Shown: in pieces, positions 18,422 to 26,902 of the stretch
How the letters are laid out: the number at the start of each line of letters is the position of its first letter
Numbering within the stretch: position 1 is the first letter of the stretch
Assembly (NCBI GenBank): GCA_963699255.1
Contig: OY969425.1
Span: 1,440,001 to 1,472,000, forward strand
Direction: 5' to 3'
Origin: an uncultured bacterium
GTDB taxonomy: Bacteria; Margulisbacteria; WOR-1; CAVSGV01
Length of the DNA stretch: 32,000 nt
The notes under the pieces: model-generated
What the model was told of the DNA's origin: nothing
Databases searched by the model: none
The model's input: only the letters and a program-made list of their open reading frames with translations
Program-made: the position numbers and the translations under genes

Positions 18422-19701
18422 CAATGATAATCCTTGCCCTGAACTGTGGGAGTTCCTCCGTAAAATACCAGCTCTATGACTGGGACAAGCGCGAGATCAT
18501 GACCAGAGGGAATGTTGAGCGCATAGGCCTTGATAATTCTTTCATCACTCACGAGGAGCCGGGAAAAGATATTTACAAGGCCGAGTATAACTGCCCCACC
18601 CACGAAGAGGCCATCAAGCTCATCATTAACACTCTGGCTGACAAAGAGGTCGGGGTCGTCAAGGATATCTCGGCGATATCCGCAGTGGGCCACAGGGTCG
18701 TCCACGGTGGCGAGAGGTTTTCAAGGTCTGTCCTGATAAGCGACGAAGTGATCGCCGCGATCAAGGAATTCGCGGACCTGGCGCCGCTTCATAATCCGCA
18801 CAATATCGCCGGCATAGAAGCCGCAAAGTCGATACTTCCTGGAGTACCGCAGATAGCGGTGTTCGATACCGCTTTTCACCAGACGATGCCTCCTTATGCC
18901 TATATATATCCCCTGCCTTATGAGTGGTATAAAATGTACGGGGTGAGGCGTTACGGCTTTCACGGGACGAGCCATCTTTATGTTTCCCGAAGGGCGGCGG
19001 CGATGCTCGGGAAGAGACCGGAAGAGGTCAATGTCATTACCATGCACGTCGGCAACGGGGTCAGCATCGCAGCGGTCAAGAAAGGCATATCGGTGGATAC
19101 CAGCATGGGGCTTACACCGCTTGAGGGCGCCGTCATGGGAACAAGGTGCGGAGACATAGACCCGGCCATAATCCTGTTCATGATCGAGAAGGAAGGGTTT
19201 TACGCTCATCAGCTTGACATGATCCTTAACAAGAAAAGCGGCCTTCTCGGTATCACCGGCAAATATTTTGACAGAAGGGATGTCGATCGTTCTGCCGAGG
19301 CAGGGGATGAGAGAGCGAAACTCGCCCAGGAAATAGAAGCGTACAGGTTAAAAAAGTACATCGGGGCTTATGCCGCCGCGATGGAAGGACTTGACGCGAT
19401 AGTCTTCACGGCGGGAGCCGGAGAGCTGAACCACATGCTGAGGGAGAGGGTCATAAGCGGGCTTGAATTCATGGGGGTTGAGCTTGACAGGGACAAAAAT
19501 AAGGAAGGCAGCAGCAGGGAAAAAGAAACGATCATTTCGTCCGACCATTCAAAAGTTAAGGTCATGGTGATACCCACCGATGAAGAACTGGTATTTGTTG
19601 AGGATGTTGCAGCCACGCTTGAAAACCGATACGATATTCATACGAAATTTACTTACTCTTTTCAGGACCCGAAGTTCAGGAGAAAAATAGTCCATAAATA
19701 A
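18418..19701 (+). CDS. ackA: Acetate kinase
   Basis: ILALNCGSSSVKYQLYD, GHRVVHGGE, PLHNPHNIAGI, FDTAFHQTMP, RRYGFHGTSHLYV, STDEELVF-like C-terminus. Confidence 0.96.
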   Translation: MTMIILALNCGSSSVKYQLYDWDKREIMTRGNVERIGLDNSFITHEEPGKDIYKAEYNCPTHEEAIKLIINTLADKEVGVVKDISAISAVGHRVVHGGERFSRSVLISDEVIAAIKEFADLAPLHNPHNIAGIEAAKSILPGVPQIAVFDTAFHQTMPPYAYIYPLPYEWYKMYGVRRYGFHGTSHLYVSRRAAAMLGKRPEEVNVITMHVGNGVSIAAVKKGISVDTSMGLTPLEGAVMGTRCGDIDPAIILFMIEKEGFYAHQLDMILNKKSGLLGITGKYFDRRDVDRSAEAGDERAKLAQEIEAYRLKKYIGAYAAAMEGLDAIVFTAGAGELNHMLRERVISGLEFMGVELDRDKNKEGSSREKETIISSDHSKVKVMVIPTDEELVFVEDVAATLENRYDIHTKFTYSFQDPKFRRKIVHK

Positions 19702-19710
19702 GAAATTGAA

Positions 19711-19808
19711 CAATTAACAATGACACAATGAACAACAAGGTGTCGCCGAAGGCGACTTAATGATTTAGTGAAATTTATTCGTTGTTGTTAATTGAGAAAT
19801 TGTTAATT
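19711..19808. repeat. AT-rich intergenic repeat element with embedded GC palindrome
   Basis: CAATTAACAA (19711-19720) inverted at TTGTTAATTG (19785-19794), enclosing GTCGCC-GAA-GGCGAC (19742-19756). Confidence 0.65.
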
Positions 19809-19826
19809 TAATTCCGGAGGAATTCT

Positions 19827-21092
19827 TTGAGCACTATCTGCATTTTCGAAGACGAAGGTTATAAAACGCTACTGCCGCTGACGTGGTTCCGTCCCGCGAT
19901 GGACCTGCGCTGCGGCATGAATACCCTGTTCGAAAAAATAAAACGATGCTACCCCAGAACGGATATCCACATCCTTTGCAGGGATCATCTTTCTTCATCC
20001 GTGAAAAAAAATCATCCGGGCGCGCTTGTTGGTAAGCTCGGAAAGGAGCCTTCGGTCATGTTCATGAACGGAAGGCTTTTGTGCGACCCGGAGACAGCAA
20101 AAAGGATCCCTCTATCCGGGGGTGATGAGATATTCGAGTGCGACGGGACGATCGTTGCCGCGAGGCTTTCCAAAAGCAACCTGGAACTTATTGCCGGCAG
20201 CGCTTTTACTCCCGATATAAAACATTATTTTTCTCCCGTTTACAAAACGGCTAAGATCACCAGGATATCCGTTAAACTGGTCAACTATTTTTTTGACCTG
20301 ATCGCGCACAATAAAGAAGAGATAATATCGGATTTTTCTTTGATCACAAGAGGAGGAATTACAAGAGGCAGGGTACATCAGACCATCGCTTTTTATCAGC
20401 GCAGCGGAATATTCATTGATGACGGCGCGGACATCGAAGCTTTTTGCGTTCTTGACGCGAGGAACGGCCCTATTTATGTCGATAAGAACGCCAGGATCCA
20501 GCCGTATTCACGACTTGAAGGCCCCTGCTTCATAGGCGAAAGATCCGTCGTTATGGCGGGCGCCAACATAAGGAGCGGCACGAGCGTGGGCCCCGGATGC
20601 AGGATAGGCGGAGAGGTGGAAGGGACCATTTTTCAGGGAGCTTCCAATAAGCAGCATTACGGATTTCTGGGCCACAGCTATGTCGGGGAGTGGGTGAACA
20701 TGGGCGCCGGCGTCACGAATTCCGACCTCAAGAACAATTACGGCAACGTGAAGATCCACTACATTAAGGAAGATGTCGATTCGGGGACCATGTTCCTCGG
20801 CTGCTCGATAGCCGACCACACGAAGATCGGCATAGGCGCGCTTATCGCCACGGGCGCCGTGATAGGAGCCGCGTCGAACATATACGGGGGCGGGATCACC
20901 CAGAAATTCATCCCGTCGTTCTCGTGGGGTGACGCGAACAACCTGGTAATTCACGATCCCGAAAAGGCCATAAAGACGGCGCAGACAGTGATGTCAAGAC
21001 GGGACAAGGAGATGAGCCAGGATGACATCGACCTTTTCAGGAAGGTCTTTGAATTGACCGAAGAAGAGAGAGCGGATTCCGGGGTCGTCTGA
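19827..21092 (+). CDS. GlmU-like sugar nucleotidyltransferase / left-handed beta-helix protein
   Basis: MSTICIFEDEGYKTLLPLTWFRPAMDLRCGMNTLFEKI...; C-terminus GPCFIGERSVVMAGANIRSGTSVGPGCRIGGEVEGTIFQGASNKQHYGFLGHSYVGEWVNMGAGVTNSDLKNNYGNVKI. Confidence 0.85.
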   Translation: MSTICIFEDEGYKTLLPLTWFRPAMDLRCGMNTLFEKIKRCYPRTDIHILCRDHLSSSVKKNHPGALVGKLGKEPSVMFMNGRLLCDPETAKRIPLSGGDEIFECDGTIVAARLSKSNLELIAGSAFTPDIKHYFSPVYKTAKITRISVKLVNYFFDLIAHNKEEIISDFSLITRGGITRGRVHQTIAFYQRSGIFIDDGADIEAFCVLDARNGPIYVDKNARIQPYSRLEGPCFIGERSVVMAGANIRSGTSVGPGCRIGGEVEGTIFQGASNKQHYGFLGHSYVGEWVNMGAGVTNSDLKNNYGNVKIHYIKEDVDSGTMFLGCSIADHTKIGIGALIATGAVIGAASNIYGGGITQKFIPSFSWGDANNLVIHDPEKAIKTAQTVMSRRDKEMSQDDIDLFRKVFELTEEERADSGVV

Positions 21093-21121
21093 ACGCCGAT
21101 CTGAAGCGATGGAGTTGAGTA

Positions 21122-21208
21122 ATAATTAACAATGACCAATTCCAAATGACAAATTAATGTCCAATTAACAATTTCCAATTTGTCATTTGACATTGTCAAT
21201 TGGACATT
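21122..21208. repeat. AT-rich intergenic repeat with interleaved inverted repeats
   Basis: AAATGACAAATT (21144-21155)/AATTTGTCATTT (21177-21188) and AATGTCCAATT (21156-21166)/AATTGGACATT (21198-21208). Confidence 0.75.
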
Positions 21209-21219
21209 GCGCGAGGCAT

Positions 21220-21290
21220 TGCCTGGTCGTCTAACGGTAGGACACCGCCCTTTGGAGGCGAGAATCGGGGTTCAAATCCCTGCCGGGCAG
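21220..21290 (+). tRNA. tRNA-Gln(TTG)
   Basis: Acceptor TGCCTGG/CCGGGCA with G discriminator; D arm GTC/GAC; anticodon loop CTTTGGA (TTG); T arm CGGGG-TTCAAAT-CCCTG. No encoded CCA. Confidence 0.9.
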
Positions 21291-21319
21291 ATAATTCTAA
21301 AGTGTTGCCCTTTTGCGCC

Positions 21320-21336
21320 CCCGCCAGAGGCGGGCA
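21320..21336. repeat. GC-rich palindromic repeat, second copy
   Basis: CCCGCC-AGA-GGCGGG, the core of the element at 3131-3147. Confidence 0.75.
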
Positions 21337-21347
21337 AGAGAGGCGCA

Positions 21348-21365
21348 CCCCGACTTTAGTCGGGG
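21348..21365. repeat. GC-rich palindrome
   Basis: CCCCGAC-TTTA-GTCGGGG, perfect 7-bp stem. Confidence 0.7.
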
Positions 21366-21400
21366 GAGGCGAGAATCGGGGTTCAAGGCCCTGTCCCCCA
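21362..21400 (+). pseudogene. Partial tRNA-Gln 3'-half copy (tRNA-derived remnant)
   Basis: GGAGGCGAGAATCGGGGTTCAA at 21365-21386 is identical to tRNA positions 21254-21275; T-arm pairing retained (CGGGG/CCCTG). Confidence 0.7.
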
Positions 21401-21516
21401 GATCTTCCGAAGGACGCTCTGATTTCACACGCAGCTATAGGCTTTTGCTTTGCAAATCGGGACAGGGAACAAATCCATACCGGGTAAGTGTATCATCTGA
21501 TCGAGAGAGGTTTACA

Positions 21517-22392
21517 ATGCAAAGGAAAATTCTTCAAATAATGATCGCGATCGTTTTCGCGATCTCACTTCAATGCATCTGTTATGCAAAACAGGGCACC
21601 GAATTAAAAATATTCACGAAGATCAAGGAAACAATAAAGATATATGTTGACGGTCAATTTGAGGGGTTAAATGTCATTCAGGTAAAGGACATAGATCCGG
21701 GCAACCATTTCGTCCGGGCAACAGAAAATGATATCGTTATTTACGACAAAACCGTTGATGTTCCGGAAGGACAGGTCACGACGATACTTATCGAAGGACA
21801 AGAACAAACCGGGGGCGTGACATCAGCAAATCTATATGAGCATCAACTGGAATATAACAACAACAGACTGGATATTATCGTACGGTCTTCACTTGTCGGA
21901 CAAACATACACATATGATGTAAGGTCGGGTTGGCGCAGATACGGCTATGGCGAACTAAATACTATAAGTACCGTGAGAGAGGTGTCCGATTGGGAGATAG
22001 TTAAGGGGGGGCTGGAAAGGGTCTCAGATGTCGATTTTCTTAAACTGGTCGGCGACCAGGACACGCTTAAAACGGTGCAGGATAAAAAAAGCATGGAAAC
22101 GACCTGGTTTGGAATAGATGCCGCATTGGCTGTTATTGGTATTGGCATAGCAGTATCTGAAGATTCAGATCCAAGTGGCGGACAGAGATATGGAGTGCCG
22201 CAATATGACCAGGGGCGGTTGGTGGGAGGCGCGCTTGCGGGTTATGTATTTGGTTCCTTTGCTAAACACTTTTATGACCTCAATAACAGCTATCATATTT
22301 CGCCGACATACGCTGTGGAAAAAGCGTATAAATACAACTTAAAGCTGAAAGAATCTCTCGGATTGCCCGCGGACTATGAACCGCAACAGTGA
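21517..22392 (+). CDS. PEGA-like domain secreted protein of unknown function
   Basis: Signal peptide MQRKILQIMIAIVFAISLQCICYAKQG then IKIYVDGQFEGLNVIQVKDIDPGNHFVRATE (PEGA-like). The longer ORF start at 21313 overlaps the repeat/tRNA remnant. Confidence 0.65.
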   Translation: MQRKILQIMIAIVFAISLQCICYAKQGTELKIFTKIKETIKIYVDGQFEGLNVIQVKDIDPGNHFVRATENDIVIYDKTVDVPEGQVTTILIEGQEQTGGVTSANLYEHQLEYNNNRLDIIVRSSLVGQTYTYDVRSGWRRYGYGELNTISTVREVSDWEIVKGGLERVSDVDFLKLVGDQDTLKTVQDKKSMETTWFGIDAALAVIGIGIAVSEDSDPSGGQRYGVPQYDQGRLVGGALAGYVFGSFAKHFYDLNNSYHISPTYAVEKAYKYNLKLKESLGLPADYEPQQ

Positions 22393-22410
22393 GCGTGATA
22401 AGGGGATCCA

Positions 22411-23559
22411 ATGAAATATAGAAAATTCGGGAAACTTGGTTTTGATGTTTCTGCGCTCGGAATGGGCTGCATGCGCTTGCCTGCCACAGATGGTATTGGG
22501 TATAGCCCGAATGTGATAGAGGACGAATCGATACAACTGATCCGCCATGCTATTGATAAAGGGGTTAATTATATTGATACGGGATATCCATATCACGGAG
22601 GCAATAGCGAGAGAGTTCTCGGAAAAGCCCTAAAGGACGGACACAGGCAAAAGGTAAAGGTCGCGACAAAATCCCCGATCGTGATGGTCAGAAAGCCCGA
22701 AGATTTCGACAACTTCCTCAGCGAACAGTTAAAAAGGCTGCAGCTGGACCATATCGACTTCTATCTTCTTCACGGTATCGGCAGGAAAAGCTGGAAAATG
22801 ATAAAAGAGATGGGAATTATCAGTAAAGCCGAATCCGCGATAAGGGATGGCAGGATCGGGCATCTCGGGTTTTCTTTCCATGACGATCACGATGCTTTTG
22901 TGGAAATAATCGACGGTTACGATAAGTGGGAGTTCTGCCAGATACAGTATAATTACATGGACACCGAGCATCAGGCCGGAACAAAAGGGGTCAGGTACGC
23001 CGCATCCAAAGGCATTCCCGTGATCGTAATGGAGCCGCTGCTCGGCGGCAGGCTTTCGAACCCGCCGGCGGAAATGCGGGAAATATTCGACGGATACGGT
23101 ACAAAGCGCTCGCCGGCGCAGTGGGCGCTGCAGTGGGTTTGGGACCAGCCTGGGGTCAGTTTTTTGCTCAGCGGCATGAGCAACATGGAACAGCTTGAAG
23201 AGAACCTGAGAGCTGCCGATACTCTGAGCACAGAGCCGCTTTCAACCGAAGATCAGGAACTCATAAGCCGCGTTCGCGCCGAATTCCTTAAGCGGGTCGC
23301 GGTTCCCTGCACGAAATGCGGCTATTGCATGCCGTGCCCGCAGGGAGTCAATATTCCCGGGGTTTTTGAACTGTATAATAACGGAGTAATGTACGACAAT
23401 ATGATACCCTCACGCTTCAGCTACGGAAGGTTCTTCCAGGAAGCAGAACGCGCGAGCGCCTGCATACAATGCGGCGAATGCGAACCAAAATGCCCCCAGG
23501 GGATAGAGATCAGCGAGCTTATGCCTGTTATTCACGAAAAACTGGGATCATCCAAATGA
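22411..23559 (+). CDS. Aldo/keto reductase with C-terminal 4Fe-4S ferredoxin-like domain
   Basis: MKYRKFGKLGFDVSALGMGCMRLP, YIDTGYPYHGGNSE; CTKCGYCMPCP and CIQCGECEPKCPQGI. Confidence 0.93.
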   Translation: MKYRKFGKLGFDVSALGMGCMRLPATDGIGYSPNVIEDESIQLIRHAIDKGVNYIDTGYPYHGGNSERVLGKALKDGHRQKVKVATKSPIVMVRKPEDFDNFLSEQLKRLQLDHIDFYLLHGIGRKSWKMIKEMGIISKAESAIRDGRIGHLGFSFHDDHDAFVEIIDGYDKWEFCQIQYNYMDTEHQAGTKGVRYAASKGIPVIVMEPLLGGRLSNPPAEMREIFDGYGTKRSPAQWALQWVWDQPGVSFLLSGMSNMEQLEENLRAADTLSTEPLSTEDQELISRVRAEFLKRVAVPCTKCGYCMPCPQGVNIPGVFELYNNGVMYDNMIPSRFSYGRFFQEAERASACIQCGECEPKCPQGIEISELMPVIHEKLGSSK

Positions 23560-24197
23560 AGATCATCGCGTTCAACGGCAGCCCGAGAAAAGAATGGAAC
23601 ACCGCAACGCTCCTCAAAAAAGCCCTTGAGGGCGCGGCATCGCAGGGAGCCGAAACAAAGCTGATCCATTTGTACGATCTGAACTATAAAGGATGCAACA
23701 GCTGCTTTGCCTGTAAAGAAAAGGGAGGCAAGAACTACGGCAGATGCACGGTGCGAGACGCTCTTAAGCCGATCTTTAAGGAGATCGAAGAGGCCGACGC
23801 TGTTATATTCGGGTCACCGATCTATCTGGGGAACATTACCGGAGAGATGCAGTCGTTCCTGGAGAGATTGATATTTCCCTATCTCACCTATACCGATCCT
23901 CCGGCGTCCCTCTTCCCGAAAAAGATACATACGGGATTTGTGTATACAATGGGGATCCCAGAGGAAATGATAAATGAAGCGGGATACAAACAGCGTTTCG
24001 CGGCTACCGAGCGGACCCTTGCAAGGATCTTCGGTTCAAGTGAGACGCTTTTGTGTTTCGATACATATCAGTTCAAGGATTATTCCAAGGTGGTCGCGAC
24101 CAGGTTCAACCCCGAGGAAAAACTGAAAAGACGCCAACAGGTATTCCCCGTGGATTGCCATAAGGCCTTTGAAATGGGAGCCAGATTTGTCCGGTAA
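23556..24197 (+). CDS. Flavodoxin-like / NADPH-dependent FMN reductase family protein
   Basis: MKIIAFNGSPRKEWNTATLLKKALEGA...YKGCNSCFACKEKGG...DAVIFGSPIYLGNITGEMQSFLERL. Start chosen at 23556 (ATGA overlap with the preceding gene). Confidence 0.92.
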   Translation: MKIIAFNGSPRKEWNTATLLKKALEGAASQGAETKLIHLYDLNYKGCNSCFACKEKGGKNYGRCTVRDALKPIFKEIEEADAVIFGSPIYLGNITGEMQSFLERLIFPYLTYTDPPASLFPKKIHTGFVYTMGIPEEMINEAGYKQRFAATERTLARIFGSSETLLCFDTYQFKDYSKVVATRFNPEEKLKRRQQVFPVDCHKAFEMGARFVR

Positions 24198-24230
24198 GAG
24201 ACTGCCGATCGCCCCGTTTGCAGGAAGGAT

Positions 24231-24893
24231 CTAAGATACCACGGAAACGGTTATTCCTGAAGCAAAGATGCTTGTGTCAGCACGGGTTACTGCGGTCACA
24301 GCCTGGCTTGCGTTAAGTGACGGCGTTATCCCTGAAGCCCCGGCGCTTGGATTGGTGTTCGTTGCCGCAGCGGCATCCTGTATCGCATTGAGATTATTGG
24401 GATTATTCGGATCATTGGGGTCATCATTAGGATCAACTTTATGATGGCCGCCTCCGCCGTGGTGATGATGCACTTTTTCCCCTGACGACAACATCGAGGA
24501 TAGGTTCTTCAGAAGGTTATCTACCAACGAAGTAGATGACAAAAATGCTGTCGTACCCTGTGCCGCGTTTGAACTGGCGGATGAGCCTCCCATTCCGGAA
24601 GAGATCAATGACATCAGGTCGTTCATGAGATTGGTCAGGGATGAAAGAGGCGAAGACGATGAAGCTGCTGTAACGCCTTGTACCGCGTTCGAAGGGCCGG
24701 ATGAAGTTGCGTTCAACAATTGAGAGACGCTTGAGTTTGAAGGCGCTCCTTCCATTCCGGCGGCGGTCGATGCGTCCAGGTCCTTTAATATATCAAAAAA
24801 AGTCGATTGATCACTTTGACCGGAAACGCCGGCAGTATTGCCCGCTGAAAAATCATATCCGCTGCTGCTGACCGCATTTATACCGGCAACCAC
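24231..24893 (-). CDS. Low-complexity Ser/Ala/Asn-rich protein with His/Gly cluster, unknown function
   Basis: 220-aa open frame; MVAGINAVSSSGYDFSAGNTAG...GEKVHHHHGGGGHHKVDPNDDPNDPNNPNN. Confidence 0.6.
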   Translation of the reverse strand: MVAGINAVSSSGYDFSAGNTAGVSGQSDQSTFFDILKDLDASTAAGMEGAPSNSSVSQLLNATSSGPSNAVQGVTAASSSSPLSSLTNLMNDLMSLISSGMGGSSASSNAAQGTTAFLSSTSLVDNLLKNLSSMLSSGEKVHHHHGGGGHHKVDPNDDPNDPNNPNNLNAIQDAAAATNTNPSAGASGITPSLNASQAVTAVTRADTSIFASGITVSVVS

Positions 24894-25047
24894 TATTGTC
24901 CCCCCTTTTCCTTACACATATTTATCGCATCGGCAGTGGGAAAACTTGCATGCAAGATCGGGGGAATATTCTTTTCAGGCTGTCCTTTTTTTAAGCCGGT
25001 TGATATAGTATCATTCAATCACAGGTAAAAAAATCAAAGGGGTACTT

Positions 25048-26514
25048 ATGGCCCAAATTGCCAACATCGACCTTCACGGGATCGCGCGCACGACAATAAA
25101 GCGATATGGTTTTGATTTCACTATCAAGAAACCCGTGATCAATGAGATCAACGCCCTTGACCCGGGCAAGCTCATGGACAGCGTGCGGGGAGAAATAAGG
25201 GACCTTCGCGGACTCCTCTGGTCATCGATCGATAACGCGGATTCTCTGGACCTGGACCAGCTGGAATACTGCGAACGCGGACCCAACGATGAGATCATTG
25301 TCAGGGTTGCTATTTCCGATGTCGACCTGTTCGTGCCAAAAAGATCTCAAACGGATATCTACGCCGCGCGGAACGGAACTTCGGTCTATACGGGGATAGA
25401 TTCTTTTTCTCTTTTACCGAGCCGCCTGTCTAACGGCCTTACTTCTTTGCTGGCCGACGCGGACCATGCGGGACTGGTAGTTGAATTCAGTGTTTTTCCT
25501 GACGGCTCGAACGTCCCGGGAAGCATTTACAGGGCGCTCATCCGCAATAAAGCAAAACTTGTCTACGAGGAGATCGGCGGATGGATCGAAGGCAGGACAG
25601 GAATTCCCGCATCCGTCTCCGGTGTGCCCGGCCTGAAAGAACAGTTGTTCCTGCAGGATGAGGCGGCCGGACGATTAAGCAAATTCCGCGTCGAGCAGGG
25701 ACTCCTTGAATTCGGCACCATTGAACCCAAACTTGTCATTAAAGAAGAAAAAGTCCGATCCCTGTTCGTTGAAGAAAAGAACCGCGCCAATTCCATAATA
25801 GAGAACTTCATGATCGCCGCCAATGTCAGTATGTCGCAATTCTTGAAAAAAGCGGGGCTTCCCATGATCCAGCGGGTCGTGCGCGTTCCGAAGAACTGGC
25901 AGGGGATCATTTATGCCGCCGAGGCTTTCCACGAGAGATTGCCAATACAGCCCGACGCCAAGGCGCTGGCGAGATTTCTCCAAAAAAGAAGGACGGCTGA
26001 TCCCGAAAGGTTCCCCGATCTTTCTTTGACCGTGGTCAAGCTGTTAGGCCCGGGTGAATATATGATGCTTGAGCCGCAGGCATCTTCTGTCGGGCATTTT
26101 GGCCTTGCCGTGATGGATTATACGCACGGGACCGCCCCCAACAGACGCTATGTTGATGAGTTAATTCAAAGGCTTTTAAAAGCGGCTTTGGACGAACGAC
26201 CCTGTCCGTACAGTAAAGATGAACTGATCGATCATGCCGCGATATGCACGGACCGCGACAAGGCGGCTAAAAAGGTGGAGCGGTTCATGCGCAAAGCCGC
26301 GGCCGCGGCATTATTAAGCGGCCGGATAGGCGAAACCTTTGACGCGATAGTTACGGGAGCTTCCAGTCACGGCGTGTATGTGCGGGTGGAAACGCCTCCG
26401 GTAGAAGGGCGGGTCATGCGAAAGCAAAAGGGACTGGCCGTAGGGCAAAAGGTCCGCGTCCGCTTGATCGGAATGGACCCTTATAAGGGTCAGATCGATT
26501 TCGAAAGGTGTTGA
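25048..26514 (+). CDS. RNB domain-containing ribonuclease with C-terminal S1-like domain
   Basis: WSSIDNADSLDLDQLEY, AISDVDLFVPKRSQTDIYA, ANVSMSQFLKKAGLPMIQRV, YTHGTAPNRRYVDELIQR, GETFDAIVTGASSHGVYVRVE. Confidence 0.92.
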   Translation: MAQIANIDLHGIARTTIKRYGFDFTIKKPVINEINALDPGKLMDSVRGEIRDLRGLLWSSIDNADSLDLDQLEYCERGPNDEIIVRVAISDVDLFVPKRSQTDIYAARNGTSVYTGIDSFSLLPSRLSNGLTSLLADADHAGLVVEFSVFPDGSNVPGSIYRALIRNKAKLVYEEIGGWIEGRTGIPASVSGVPGLKEQLFLQDEAAGRLSKFRVEQGLLEFGTIEPKLVIKEEKVRSLFVEEKNRANSIIENFMIAANVSMSQFLKKAGLPMIQRVVRVPKNWQGIIYAAEAFHERLPIQPDAKALARFLQKRRTADPERFPDLSLTVVKLLGPGEYMMLEPQASSVGHFGLAVMDYTHGTAPNRRYVDELIQRLLKAALDERPCPYSKDELIDHAAICTDRDKAAKKVERFMRKAAAAALLSGRIGETFDAIVTGASSHGVYVRVETPPVEGRVMRKQKGLAVGQKVRVRLIGMDPYKGQIDFERC

Positions 26515-26618
26515 TCTTGGCTGCCCGGCCAAAAACCCATTACAAACGCGCATCCAGATGATATTATATAGGTATATATTTCAGGGGGAATTCTCCCTCT
26601 CATTACCAGAGGTGAAAC

Positions 26619-26822
26619 ATGGCGGAAAAAACCATATTAAGGAAAGAGATGTCAATAGCCGAAGCTATAAAGCTTAAGCCGGAGATAGCCGGGCTGCTCA
26701 TGTCCAAAGGCATGCACTGCCTGGGATGCGTGATAGCGCAGGGCGAGACGCTTGAGCAGGCGGCGGAGGTCCACGGGTTGGACCCGGACGAGCTTATCAA
26801 GGAACTGAACGAACTGGAATAA
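26619..26822 (+). CDS. DUF1858-type small protein
   Basis: MSIAEAIKLKPEIAGLLMSKGMHCLGCVIAQGETLEQAAEVHGLDPDELIKELN. Confidence 0.85.
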   Translation: MAEKTILRKEMSIAEAIKLKPEIAGLLMSKGMHCLGCVIAQGETLEQAAEVHGLDPDELIKELNELE

Positions 26823-26902
26823 AACGGTTGTGTAATTTTTTTTCCGGTAGTAAAATGACCGCGGTTTCAAGGTCCCGATAGATCGGTAAGGGGAGGGCAA
26901 TC

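Noticed and set aside
21254-21386. attL/attR pair of an integrated element at tRNA-Gln
   Set aside because: The two 22-mers are only 111 bp apart, with no integrase or cargo between them, so there is no integrated element; at most a scar.
21313-21516. N-terminal extension of the PEGA-like ORF
   Set aside because: The extension translates GC palindromes and the tRNA remnant; ATG 21517 gives a proper signal peptide.
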